Shown here: piece after piece, positions 31,979 through 41,535 of the stretch
How positions within the stretch are numbered: the first letter of the stretch is position 1
How the letters are laid out: each line of letters begins with the position of its first letter
Assembly: GCA_044225505.1 (NCBI GenBank)
Contig: JBGAIN010000001.1
Coordinates: 145,642-202,495 of the forward strand
Direction of reading: 5' to 3'
Length of the DNA stretch: 56,854 nt
DNA from: Limisphaerales bacterium
Lineage (GTDB): Bacteria > Verrucomicrobiota > Verrucomicrobiia > Limisphaerales > SIBE01
The notes under the pieces: model-generated
What the model was told of the DNA's origin: nothing
Seen by the model: the letters and a program-made list of their open reading frames with translations, nothing else
Database searches by the model: none
Translations under genes and position numbers: made by a program

Positions 31979-32104
31979 GCCGAACAATTCCGAGCGCCGA
32001 ATCGCCGCCTCGCACGTTGTTTGCGGGGGGGCCGCAAGTTTAGGACGCCAGACTCCCCCCCAACGCCCGGTGACAGTGGCACTCGGTGATGAGGTTTGCT
32101 CGCC
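31979..32104 (+). mobile_element. Degenerate attC-like site directly before the acetyltransferase ATG
   Basis: GCCGAACAA ... TTGCTCGCC ends, internal G7/C7 and CGTTG/CAACG stems. Confidence 0.45.
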
Positions 32105-32572
32105 ATGAACATCAAAATCCGCGCGGCAGCTCCTGACGATCGCGACGAGTGGACACGATTGCGGTTCGAGCTCTGGCCCGATTGTCCGCCCGAACGGCAT
32201 GGGCTCGAAGTAACCCAGATATTGAGCGGCACGGGGATTGTGGCGTTGGCATTCGTGGAGGATGAGTTGGCCGGTTTCGCCGAGCTTTCCGTACGTTCAG
32301 ATCATGTCGAAGGCACGGCTTTCTCGCCTGTGGCATATTTGGAGGGATGGTTTGTGCGGCCACCTCACCGAGGCCGCGGAGTCGGGCGCGCTTTGATCAG
32401 GTTTGCCGAGCAATGGGCGATCTCGAAGGGCTTCTCGGAGTTGGCTAGCGACGCGGAGTTACAGAATTCTCGAAGTATTGCGTTGCACACCGGGCTTGGT
32501 TTTCGAGAGGTGGGGCGGAGCGTCCATTTCGTGAAGAGCCTGAAGGTTGAGAATGCCGAGCCAGGGGAATGA
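32105..32572 (+). CDS. aac(6'): Aminoglycoside 6'-N-acetyltransferase AAC(6')-I-like GNAT
   Basis: W..LR..LWP, GFAELSVR.D.VEG...SPVAYLEGWFV.P..R..G, WA...G..ELASD....N..S...H..LGF.E. Confidence 0.75.
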   Translation: MNIKIRAAAPDDRDEWTRLRFELWPDCPPERHGLEVTQILSGTGIVALAFVEDELAGFAELSVRSDHVEGTAFSPVAYLEGWFVRPPHRGRGVGRALIRFAEQWAISKGFSELASDAELQNSRSIALHTGLGFREVGRSVHFVKSLKVENAEPGE

Positions 32573-32645
32573 GCGTCTGGCCACCACGCGCTCGGCAACT
32601 CGAAACTTGCTGGGTGGCTAGCCATCGCTTACCTTCGCGTTAGAT
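32555..32645 (+). mobile_element. attC-like site overlapping the acetyltransferase stop
   Basis: GCCGAGC (R''-like, encodes AEP), TGAGCG/CGCTTA and TGGCCACC/GGTGGCTA arms, GTTAGAT matching GTTRRRY. Confidence 0.55.
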
Positions 32646-32663
32646 CTTGGTGAGCACGCTTCG

Positions 32664-33040
32664 ATGAAATTCAAAAGCGCAGTTCCTGTCCTTGCCACGG
32701 CCGACATTCGATCTCTCTCGATTATTATTCTCAGGTGCTCCGCTTCTCGGAGTTTTTCATTTTCGGTGAACCTCCTGTCTGTGCCGGAGTGGAGCGGGAT
32801 GGCGTCCTGCTTTATTTCACCCACGACGTGGAGTTGGTTGATGCCTAGAAGAGTTCCGGCTTGCATCCAGATGTTTTCCTATGGGTCGAGGATGTGGACC
32901 GCATCTTGGACGAGCACAAACAGCGCGGAGCGAAATTCGTCGAGGCCATTGCCGATCGAGCGTGGGATGCGCGAGAGTATGTGGTCTAAGACCCGAATGA
33001 ATATCGTCTCAAAATCGCGCAACCGATCGATGGGCTCTGA
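32664..33040 (+). pseudogene. VOC/glyoxalase/bleomycin-resistance family pseudogene
   Basis: MKFKSAVPVLATADI, frameshift, then SLDYYSQVL.F...V.DVD...RGA....AW.AREYVV*DP..Y.L with two in-frame stops. Confidence 0.8.
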
Positions 33041-33135
33041 TACTCCGTGGAGCGGTCGGCGAATTCGCGGTCGTTTCAATGCGAGCGTCTTGGGTCAACG
33101 CCGATCACTTTTCTGCTATATATTTCCAGCGCGTC

Positions 33136-33432
33136 ATGAATAATTTCGAGATCTCATCGAAAGAAGAGGCCCAGAGCCTTCTAAATCGGTTGCGGGGATT
33201 GCCTCTGGGGGAAATCGTTGCTCAGTTTGGCGAACCGGACCGAGAGTTGGGGCCTCATCACGTTGAGCGAGTCACTTGGAAAGGCGAGAGCGAAGCCATC
33301 GATTATTCGCGCAGTTTAGGTTTCTTCGGCAAAGGGACAAATGCTCACGTTCTTTGGGTGCACAAGCGTCTGGATGGGGCACTCGAATTCCTCTACAGCC
33401 TGGACGTGAATTGCGATCCTTATTCCGTTTAG
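33136..33432 (+). CDS. Small hypothetical protein
   Basis: 98-aa ATG ORF (FGEPD motif) between two attC-like hairpins. Confidence 0.5.
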   Translation: MNNFEISSKEEAQSLLNRLRGLPLGEIVAQFGEPDRELGPHHVERVTWKGESEAIDYSRSLGFFGKGTNAHVLWVHKRLDGALEFLYSLDVNCDPYSV

Positions 33433-33444
33433 CGTCGCAATAAA

Positions 33445-33523
33445 CCCGAACGAACGGCAGGCTCGCAGCTGGCCGAGTCGACGCCCGCTGGGCGCCCCTC
33501 ATCGGTGGTTTCCGTCGTTCGGT
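33445..33523 (+). mobile_element. Degenerate attC-like site
   Basis: CCGAACGAACGG ... CCGTCGTTCGG terminal inverted repeat with one extra base; 79 nt. Confidence 0.5.
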
Positions 33524-33554
33524 AACCTAAGAACCGACCTGAGAACCGCATTCG

Positions 33555-33695
33555 ATGGCGCCAAACTCACTTAAGCGGAAAGCCGAGCCGCAGGCGGTCC
33601 CGGTCCTCGAGTGGTTGCTGGATTCTCATCCCTCGATCCGATGGAATACGCTGCGTGCCCTGCGCGTCTTGAACTGGTTTTCAGCTCGAGTATAA
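33555..33695 (+). pseudogene. Internally deleted relic of a larger gene
   Basis: MAPNSLKRKAEPQAVPVLEWLLDSHPSIRWNTLRALRVLNWFSARV* joins what I recall as the N-terminal (WLLDSDPSIRW) and C-terminal (RWNTLRALRVL.W) motifs of one ~300-aa family. Confidence 0.55.
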
Positions 33696-33730
33696 TGCCC
33701 ATCCATAGACCGGACAGAAAGACTCTTCCG

Positions 33731-33982
33731 ATGACCACCTCCAAACTCGCGGACGGCACCGTCCACAAACTGCCTGCAGATCTACGAGAAGCTATCGAAT
33801 CCGATGCCGCGGCCCAAAGGCTCTGGGTGGACATCACTCCGCTAGCACGGAACGAATGGATCTGTTGGGTGACATCGGCCAAGCAAGAAGCCACGAGAAA
33901 GCGCCGGATCGCGGTTGGCATTGATAAAATGCGAAGAGGCATGCGGCGGCCCTGCTGCTGGCCGGGATGTCCGCACCGCTGA
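33731..33982 (+). CDS. YdeI/OmpD-associated family protein
   Basis: VH.LPADL..A....W..ITPLARNEWICW...AK...TR.RRI...RRPCCWPGCPHR. Confidence 0.8.
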   Translation: MTTSKLADGTVHKLPADLREAIESDAAAQRLWVDITPLARNEWICWVTSAKQEATRKRRIAVGIDKMRRGMRRPCCWPGCPHR

Positions 33983-34151
33983 CGGCAAATACCGCGGCCG
34001 GGTAGGGGATCTGCGATCGTATCTAAGGTTATATGACCACGACTGGCAAACGGCCTCAGAATCCGTCGCGAACGATCTTAATTTGACCTCCACTTTTCCT
34101 AACCTATCCACAGTGCCAGATCCACTTGGCGACTAAAGACCTCGGAGTCTC

Positions 34152-37100
34152 TTAACGAGGCAACAGTAGGAGTGAGTTTGTTGCTTCAGCTTGGCGAAGA
34201 GCACGAAGTGATGCAGTGAGTTGATGATCCTCCGTGACAAAAGTCGGGGCCGGCCAGATACGCAGCGACTCATCGCTCGCGGTGACAAGCTGAGACATGT
34301 CGGTAGACCACGCAAGTGCTCGGCACCATTCGCCAGGCGTCGACGCAGTGAGGATATGTCTGCCGGTGCGCAGGTCCCATAGATCTACTCCTTCAAACCC
34401 GGCGGCGAGTCTTGTGCCATCAGGGGACAAAGCGACGCAAGAATACGTTTCCGCCGTACCATGCAGCACAGCAAGAACCTCGGCCTTGCGAGCGTCCCAA
34501 AGCCGAATTCTTGCTCCCGCGGAATCGTAGGTAGCCAAGAGACGAGCGTCGGCCGTCACAGAAACGGAATCCACCGCTCCGTCATGTCCCAGAAAGACGC
34601 GAATCAGTCTGCCCGTGGCCAAATCAAACAACTCTGCTTTGGAGCTATAGGTTCCCGAAACCAGATAGCGATTGTCGGGCGTAAACTCGAGTGCTTTGAT
34701 CGTTAAGCCCGAGTTGGGTAGGTGATACTTGCGGGTCAAAGTAGGTGCGTCCAAAACGTCGAGAGCCCACTCTTGGTTCTCCGACCAATGCGCTACTGCC
34801 AACAAGGAGCTGTCGGGTGAAAACCGAAGCTTGTATACCGAGTTGCTAGAAAATTGAGCGGTTGCCCGAACACCGGCGGAGGTTGTATCAAGGAGCACTA
34901 ATTCACCATTAGCGCCTCCCACCGCACATTGTCTGCCATCTGGCGAGGGATCGGCAGACCTGATTTTCGTGACACCCCAAGGGAAAGCGCGTATCCGAGC
35001 AAGCGGGTTAGCGCTGTAAAGCGCGAACGTTCCGTTGGTGTGGATTGTCGTCCAATACTTTCCACCGCTGGAGAATTGCGGCGGCTGAACCAGATTGTCC
35101 TCGCCCTTGAGAAATTCAGAGCGTTCCGCTTTGAGCACGGTCTCTCGGGGCGATGGGGGATGCAGTGGCCAAAAGCGGATGGTATTGTCCCAACTTGTCG
35201 TGACGATCGCGGGCTCTGCAGGTGAAAACGCCGCGGAATGAATGCCTGCCTGGTGACCGCTCTGCGTCCCCACAGTTTGGCCAGTACTGAGTTGCCAAGT
35301 GTTCAGATCCTGGCCTGTGCTGGTAGCCAATCGATCGTGGCGGGAAGAGATCGCGAGAGGCGCTTGGTTGGTCAAGCGATAAACCTCCTTCCAGTCGGGA
35401 AGTGTCCAGACAATGGCCCCGGTCTTGCCCCAAGGATCAGAAGCCGTCGCAAACTTGCCGTCTTCGCTGAACAAAACGTTAAATATTTCTCCCTCGAACA
35501 ATCGCAGCGGAGGCAGGGCCTGAGAAATTTCCGGGTTCCAACGTGCGAGTCTTCCATCTTTCAGATCGTAAAAGAGAGTTTTGGAATCGGGAGAAAACAA
35601 AAGAGAACTGTGGAGATCGAATCCGCCCCAGGGCAAACGAGTGAGTGGCACACGATTTACTAAATCCCACACCACAAGTCCCGACCCCGGGTAATTAGCT
35701 CCAAGGCCAGCGGCGAAAAACCTCCCATCGCCTGAAAACGCCAGCGCTCGCACACGCCAGTTGGGACCATTGGTCAAAACGAAACTCTTTTGCCAAGTTC
35801 GAACGTCCCAGAAGTGAATCGTCGCGGCCATGTCCGCCCCAGCCGCCAAATAATTGCCATCCGGCGAAAACAACACCGTGTAGATCTGATTGGGACTGAC
35901 TACTTCGTTCACGGTCAGGCGTTGCGCGAGGGTTTTATTCTTCGCATCCCAGACTTTGACAGTGCCATTTAAGCCTGGAGTGGCGATCCAGTTTCCGTTC
36001 GGCGAGAGACTCATCGCGAAGGCCGTCGAATCATCCCAACGGAGGACGGCGGTGGAGTCATCGCGCGTGAGGTTGGCTAGGTAATGCCATTCCCAGCCAC
36101 GAAAATCGGTAGTTCGGTTGTCGTCGGGCGCAAGACTCATCGCGAAGGGCGTTCGCTCATCCCAGGGAAAGACGGCGGTGGATTGATCGCGCGTGACATT
36201 GGCTAGGTAATGCCACTGCCAGTCGCGCGAATCAGAAATGGGTTTTACGTCAGTACTTCCGGAGCGGCTGTCTGGGACATATTTTGGGAGAAGCGACATG
36301 GCAGAACCTCGATTACGACTTTCTGCCAGTTTTCCGGCGGCAAACATATCGGCCGCGTATTCGTTCAAGCGTGCCCGAAGAGCTGTGGCGGCCTCGCGTT
36401 TGGCCGCGGTTAGAGCGGCTTTGCGAGCGCTATTGATGCGAAGGATAGCCAGAGGCGAGGCGGTTAAAATCAGAAGCGCGAGCAGGATTAACAGGGCGTA
36501 GGAGGTGGCCAGGGCCGGGTTACGTTGAGACCAGCGGATGACGCGAGCGCTACGTGTGATGGGACGAGCAATGATCGGTCGGTTCCCGAGGTAGAGCTGC
36601 AAGTCGTCCGCAAGAGCTTGAGCCGTGGGGTAGCGTTTGCCAGGGTCTTTTTCCAGGCATTTCAGGCAAATCGTTTCCAAGTCGATGGAAATGGAAGAAT
36701 TAAGCAATCGGGGCGAGACCGCGTCGTTACTGGCCACCTGCTGCAATGTCGCGGTAAGCGATTCTCCAACAAACGGAGGACGTCCGGTTAAAAGGTGGTA
36801 GAGGACTGCCCCCAAAGAGTAGACATCGGTACGCGGATTCGCGGATCCCCGTTTCCCATGGATTTGCTCCGGCGGAATGTAATTAGGCGAGCCAAGCATC
36901 TCGCCGGTCGTCGTTAATTCGCTCTCGCCGGTCAAGTCCTTAGCCAAACCAAAGTCGGTGATATGCGGTTGATCGCGCAGATCGATCAGGATGTTGGACG
37001 GTTTGAGATCTCGATGCAAAATACCCATGCCATGGGCGTAATGAACGGCTTCTGCAATCGTGTGGACAAATCGTACCGCACGCGCGCTCGGCAGCGGCTG

Positions 37101-37553
37101 GTGCTGGGTCAACTCGGCAAGACTAGGGCCGTCGACGTAATCCATGGCGAACCAAGGCTGCCCCATGAATTCGCCAACTTCGTGAATCGCGATAATGTGG
37201 GGGTGTCGCAACCGCGCCGCGGCCACGGCCTCCGCGTGGAAGCGTTGTTTATAGGTATCGCGTGTGAACCGGCCGAACGGTAGCGTCTTAATGGCGGCGA
37301 TTCTGCCGAGGTGTCTATGCCGGGCTTTATAGACTACCCCCATCCCCCCGGCAGCAATGCATTCCAGGATATCGTAATCGCCCAAGCGCCGAGGCAGTTG
37401 GTCGCTTTGCGGAGCGGTGGATGCTTGGCCCACCGAGGGCGTAAAATCGGACTCGGCAAGTGCGGCGCTGATCAGGCAACGCTGGCACAATCCCTCGGGA
37501 GCGCCAGGGCGAATTTCCGCGCTGCAATCCCGACAACGGTGCGGACCATTCAT
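34152..37553 (-). CDS. Membrane Ser/Thr kinase with N-terminal CxxC..CxxC knuckle and C-terminal WD40 repeats (module 2)
   Basis: [48 protein letters not shown] repeats. Confidence 0.93.
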   Translation of the reverse strand: MNGPHRCRDCSAEIRPGAPEGLCQRCLISAALAESDFTPSVGQASTAPQSDQLPRRLGDYDILECIAAGGMGVVYKARHRHLGRIAAIKTLPFGRFTRDTYKQRFHAEAVAAARLRHPHIIAIHEVGEFMGQPWFAMDYVDGPSLAELTQHQPLPSARAVRFVHTIAEAVHYAHGMGILHRDLKPSNILIDLRDQPHITDFGLAKDLTGESELTTTGEMLGSPNYIPPEQIHGKRGSANPRTDVYSLGAVLYHLLTGRPPFVGESLTATLQQVASNDAVSPRLLNSSISIDLETICLKCLEKDPGKRYPTAQALADDLQLYLGNRPIIARPITRSARVIRWSQRNPALATSYALLILLALLILTASPLAILRINSARKAALTAAKREAATALRARLNEYAADMFAAGKLAESRNRGSAMSLLPKYVPDSRSGSTDVKPISDSRDWQWHYLANVTRDQSTAVFPWDERTPFAMSLAPDDNRTTDFRGWEWHYLANLTRDDSTAVLRWDDSTAFAMSLSPNGNWIATPGLNGTVKVWDAKNKTLAQRLTVNEVVSPNQIYTVLFSPDGNYLAAGADMAATIHFWDVRTWQKSFVLTNGPNWRVRALAFSGDGRFFAAGLGANYPGSGLVVWDLVNRVPLTRLPWGGFDLHSSLLFSPDSKTLFYDLKDGRLARWNPEISQALPPLRLFEGEIFNVLFSEDGKFATASDPWGKTGAIVWTLPDWKEVYRLTNQAPLAISSRHDRLATSTGQDLNTWQLSTGQTVGTQSGHQAGIHSAAFSPAEPAIVTTSWDNTIRFWPLHPPSPRETVLKAERSEFLKGEDNLVQPPQFSSGGKYWTTIHTNGTFALYSANPLARIRAFPWGVTKIRSADPSPDGRQCAVGGANGELVLLDTTSAGVRATAQFSSNSVYKLRFSPDSSLLAVAHWSENQEWALDVLDAPTLTRKYHLPNSGLTIKALEFTPDNRYLVSGTYSSKAELFDLATGRLIRVFLGHDGAVDSVSVTADARLLATYDSAGARIRLWDARKAEVLAVLHGTAETYSCVALSPDGTRLAAGFEGVDLWDLRTGRHILTASTPGEWCRALAWSTDMSQLVTASDESLRIWPAPTFVTEDHQLTASLRALRQAEATNSLLLLPR
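36001..36233 (-). repeat. In-frame 126-bp (42-aa) tandem duplication inside kinase 2
   Basis: gactcatcgcgaagg at 36008 and 36134; DSRDWQWHYLANVTRDQSTAV..FAMSLAP versus DFRGWEWHYLANLTRDDSTAV..FAMSLSP. Confidence 0.92.
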
Positions 37554-37608
37554 CTCAAGTCTTCCTCCGGCGCAATATACGTTTTTTCCGGGAACCCTAA
37601 CTTAGAAG

Positions 37609-37633
37609 AGAAGCATTTAACCTGCGAAGTAAC
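37609..37633 (-). promoter_or_regulatory. Putative ECF promoter GTTACTT-N12-GCTTCT upstream of kinase 2
   Basis: Identical boxes and spacing recur at 38770-38794. Confidence 0.65.
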
Positions 37634-37691
37634 GGGCTTTGACGATAATCTTGGCCCATTTTCCATCGCGCCAGGACCAGGCGCTCCAAAT

Positions 37692-38525
37692 TCAATCTGC
37701 TGACACCCGCAGCAAATGGCGCATTTCATCTTCGACTTCGGCGGGGTCAGCCAGCGTGCGCCTTATCTCCGCACGAATAAGTTCCCCATATCTGCGCCGC
37801 AGACGCTGCACACGCATTTTGAGCGATGCTTCTGTTACCCCTAGCCCAGTAGCGGCTTCCGCGTAGCTGCCGTTCGCCTTAGACCCAGTCAAGAAACGCT
37901 TCAAGATCTCAAACAACACCTCTTCTCCATTCGTGGTAAACTCGGCGCGAAGCCGCCCGAGGACCGACGCTAGAATCGTAGCCACCCACCGCCTTTCGTA
38001 AATCGTCTCGGGCGTTTCATCAGTGGATGGATGAAGATGGATGGCCAATTCCGATGTCAAGTCATCGAGCGACACAAAGGCGATGCGCCCGCCGCGCTTT
38101 ACAGCGCGAACATGGTCCCGTGCATTCGAGAGGAAATGCTGAATCGCAGCGAAAAGAAACGAACGAAAACGGCCTTTACGTGGATCCACTTGTGTCAAAT
38201 AACCCCCGTGGAGCAGCCGATAGAAGAACTCTTGCGTAAGATCTTCCGCCTCGCCAATGCCGTCGGCCCGCGCACGAATATAGGCATAAACCGGCGGCCA
38301 GTAAGTGCGACACAGGGCATCCAGCGCCGCCCGCGCAGGTTCACAAGTTCCGTTGGATTGGTCACTACCGGCGGCCAAGACCACACTCCAGTGCGTGGTG
38401 GCAAAAATCTGAGGTTCTTCCGAGCCTACGGTCACGCCGGTTACGTTACCGGGTTGGGCGCTTCCGAGCCAGTCAAAAGGACGACTCGAGGACGCAGCGA
38501 ACCTGTCTCTCATCGCTATTGTCAT
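37692..38525 (-). CDS. ECF sigma factor, kinase-associated (module 2); true start probably further downstream
   Basis: FATTHWSVV, YWPPVY, EAEDLTQEFF, GRFRSFL, YERRW, VQRLRRRYGELIR. Confidence 0.9.
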   Translation of the reverse strand: MTIAMRDRFAASSSRPFDWLGSAQPGNVTGVTVGSEEPQIFATTHWSVVLAAGSDQSNGTCEPARAALDALCRTYWPPVYAYIRARADGIGEAEDLTQEFFYRLLHGGYLTQVDPRKGRFRSFLFAAIQHFLSNARDHVRAVKRGGRIAFVSLDDLTSELAIHLHPSTDETPETIYERRWVATILASVLGRLRAEFTTNGEEVLFEILKRFLTGSKANGSYAEAATGLGVTEASLKMRVQRLRRRYGELIRAEIRRTLADPAEVEDEMRHLLRVSAD

Positions 38526-38769
38526 GGAGGTGGAAGACTAGGTCTTTTTCCGTCGGCGTTGCTCCCGGGGAAGATGACGGCGCGACTTCTACGGCCGCGT
38601 TTCGTTGCGATCTGGCCAGTCGCATAGACTGACTCCACTGCGACGCGTTTGGTCTGTTCGCGTTTTGATCAATTCGTCGATCGCGGGAACGCCAGACTTT
38701 ATCGCCAACGGAGATCTATTCCTTTTGGACAGTGTTTCCCGTTGTCCTGCCGTTGTGCTAAATCTCTCT

Positions 38770-38794
38770 GTTACTTTCGACAGGAACCGCTTCT
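38770..38794 (+). promoter_or_regulatory. Putative ECF promoter GTTACTT-N12-GCTTCT upstream of the S8 peptidase
   Basis: gttactt tcgacaggaacc gcttct. Confidence 0.65.
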
Positions 38795-38880
38795 TTTTAT
38801 AGCAAGACTAAGTTCCGAGGCAGGCTCGAACGCGCGTCTGACGGCAAAACATTTTATTTACGAAAATAGTCTGTCAATTC

Positions 38881-41535
38881 GTGGATATGGGGTGTCTTAG
38901 GCTGATCGCTATGCTGGAATTATTGAGTTTGGTCACCATTCACGCGAGCTCGGATTCGACTGTTCGATTGTTGGTCAAGTGCGAGGGGGGGCCATCCAGC
39001 AGGCTCGCTCGCGCGGCTGACGCGGCGGTCGGCGCCATCGCCGTGCGCCAGTTTGAAGCAATCGGCTGGCACCTGGTGCAATTGCCCGATGGCGTGAGCG
39101 TTGCTCAAGGGGTTAAAAGCTATCGAGGGCAGCCAGGTGTTCTCAACGTTGAACCCAATTATACGCCAAAGCCCCAAACTAGACTGTTGTCCGAGCCGGG
39201 CGTCGCCTTCGATCCGAACGATCTTAGCCGATCCTCAAACCATCCCCGGCCCAGTCTGCCGTCCTTGGCGCTCAACTCATCTGCGCCCACGCGCGTGGTT
39301 CCAAATGATCCGCAGTACTCATCCCAGTGGAATCTCAAGAAGATCGCGATTGAACAGGCCTGGGCCATCACCACAGGCGACACAAACGTCGTCGTGGCAG
39401 TTCTGGATTCGGGCGTAAATTACCTTCATCCCGACCTCGTCGAGAATATGTGGAAGAATCCTGGTGAGACAGGTCTGGACGCCCAAGGCCGAGACAAAGC
39501 CACCAACGACATCGATGACGACGAGAACGGTTATGTCGATGATGTCTTTGGGATCAATACGGTAGAGAATACGAGCGATCCGATGGACCTGGGCTTTACG
39601 CGTCCTGACCTTGCTGGTCCTGCCGCACACGGGACCTTTTGCGCGGGCGTTATAGCGGGCATCGGAAACAATGGGACCGGAATGACTGGAATCAACTGGC
39701 GGGCTCGCATCATGGGTTTGAGGATCATCGGTGGCAATCTGGTGCGCACATTCACCAGCAATAAATCAAGATTCCTCGAGGCGATGGAGTATATCATTCA
39801 AATGAAGCGGCACGGAATCAATGTCCGGATTGTTAGCATGAGCGATTCAGACGACATTTACAGTCAGGCATTTGTCGATTCAGTGCGAACCGCGGGGGAT
39901 GAAGGCATTCTTTGCGTGTTCTCAGCGGGGAATGAAGGCTGGAATTTGGATGCTATCCAATGGCGCTCGACCGCAGACGATTTGTTCAACCTGATCACGG
40001 TGGGTGGCAGTGATCGTTCAGACGGACTGATTTTCAACTATGGCAGCACGTCCGTGGATTTGGTTGCTCCCGCGAGGGATATCGTTACGACAGGCTTTGA
40101 AGAAACCTACGTAACCGGGTTCTATGGCACTTCGGCCGCGTGTCCTCATGTGGCAGGAGCAGCCGCTTTGCTCGCCGCCGCCATGCCTGATATTTCAGTT
40201 GCCCAATTGCGCACAGCACTGTTGGGTTCCGTAGACTTACTTCCGACCGCCAAAGGAAAGATCGTAACCGGTGGCCGATTAAATGTTCTGCGCGCGCTGC
40301 AATCTCTCACAAATTCCTCGCGCGCGCCGATTGTCATATGGAGTTCGCCGGCAGGCATGCGAGCAGACACAAACGCGCCGATTAAGGTCACCTTCAGCCA
40401 GCCCATGGACCGAGCGAGTGTAGAACAGGCTCTGATCATAAATCCCCCTGTGGAAGGGATTTTCGAATGGTCGGCGGACAACCGACAATTCACTTTTCGG
40501 CATCCAGCAGCACTGCCCCGCACGAATCACACCTGTCGCATCGCCGCGACGGCGAAAGATGCCGAAGGCCGGGCATTAGATGGGAATTTTGATCGATTGA
40601 TCCAGGGATCTCCGTCGGATGATTACCTTTGGACCTTTCGGTTTCCGTTGCCAAACGATGCTTTCGCAGGCGCTGAGCGTATTGCCGGAGAAGAAGGAAG
40701 CGTGAGTGGTAACAACAGCACGGCCATTGTCGAAGCAGGCGAAGCTCCCCCGAATGGATATGTTTTCTGGAACTACGATGCGTCTGTTTGGTATCGATGG
40801 AGAGCTCCGAGAAGCGGATGGTTCACGCTCGATCTTACAAAGGGAACGTCCTTTAACTCACTCTTGACCGTCTTTACGGGCGAAGAGTTAGTCGGATTGA
40901 CCGAAGTCGCCAGTAATATCGATTACGGCAGCCAGAACACGAGTCGACTGTCTTTTTCAGCAGCGGCTGAAACGGAATATGCAATTGCCGTCGCCGGAAC
41001 TTGGCCACAAACCGGGAAGTTCAATCTGCGTTGGTATCCCACGCCAGCACCCACAATCAGTTCGATTAGTGCTCTGAGCGGTACGGATGGCCAAGTCGTC
41101 ACTCTGCTTGGAACCAACTTGACTGGTGTGACGAATGTAGATTTCAACGGTTTGCCGTTGTCCTTTACGCATTCAACGAATCCAAACTTCGTCGATTTGA
41201 GTCTCCTTGTGACGCTACCTTCAAAATCATTTGAAAGCCCTGCGACTGGCTTATTCAAGCTGGAATCTCTTTACGGCAGCGCGGCCGCCTCGAACCAGTT
41301 CACCTTCGTGCCAGCACCAGCGCTCGCCGTGGAACCAGGACCGGATGGTGTCGTCATAATTTCGTGGCGGGATGATGCCAAAGATATGTTGCTGGAAGCC
41401 ACAGAACTGCTTGGCTCTCCGTCTGTTTGGCAGCCCGTCGTTCTTCCAGATGCAAACCCTCCCATACGGGGCCGCGTTCGCAGGGCTGCGTCTCCATTGA
41501 ACGGATCCCGTTTCTATCGGTTGCGCCGTCCATAA
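38881..41535 (+). CDS. Secreted S8 (subtilisin) peptidase with Ig-like/PPC/IPT-like domains and a C-terminal FYR domain
   Basis: Catalytic triad VAVLDSG, HGTFCAG, GTSAACPHVAG; AGN oxyanion residue; VTFSQPMDRAS (Big_5-like); PNDAFA..SVWYRW; ends SRFYRLRRP. Confidence 0.92.
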   Translation: MDMGCLRLIAMLELLSLVTIHASSDSTVRLLVKCEGGPSSRLARAADAAVGAIAVRQFEAIGWHLVQLPDGVSVAQGVKSYRGQPGVLNVEPNYTPKPQTRLLSEPGVAFDPNDLSRSSNHPRPSLPSLALNSSAPTRVVPNDPQYSSQWNLKKIAIEQAWAITTGDTNVVVAVLDSGVNYLHPDLVENMWKNPGETGLDAQGRDKATNDIDDDENGYVDDVFGINTVENTSDPMDLGFTRPDLAGPAAHGTFCAGVIAGIGNNGTGMTGINWRARIMGLRIIGGNLVRTFTSNKSRFLEAMEYIIQMKRHGINVRIVSMSDSDDIYSQAFVDSVRTAGDEGILCVFSAGNEGWNLDAIQWRSTADDLFNLITVGGSDRSDGLIFNYGSTSVDLVAPARDIVTTGFEETYVTGFYGTSAACPHVAGAAALLAAAMPDISVAQLRTALLGSVDLLPTAKGKIVTGGRLNVLRALQSLTNSSRAPIVIWSSPAGMRADTNAPIKVTFSQPMDRASVEQALIINPPVEGIFEWSADNRQFTFRHPAALPRTNHTCRIAATAKDAEGRALDGNFDRLIQGSPSDDYLWTFRFPLPNDAFAGAERIAGEEGSVSGNNSTAIVEAGEAPPNGYVFWNYDASVWYRWRAPRSGWFTLDLTKGTSFNSLLTVFTGEELVGLTEVASNIDYGSQNTSRLSFSAAAETEYAIAVAGTWPQTGKFNLRWYPTPAPTISSISALSGTDGQVVTLLGTNLTGVTNVDFNGLPLSFTHSTNPNFVDLSLLVTLPSKSFESPATGLFKLESLYGSAAASNQFTFVPAPALAVEPGPDGVVIISWRDDAKDMLLEATELLGSPSVWQPVVLPDANPPIRGRVRRAASPLNGSRFYRLRRP

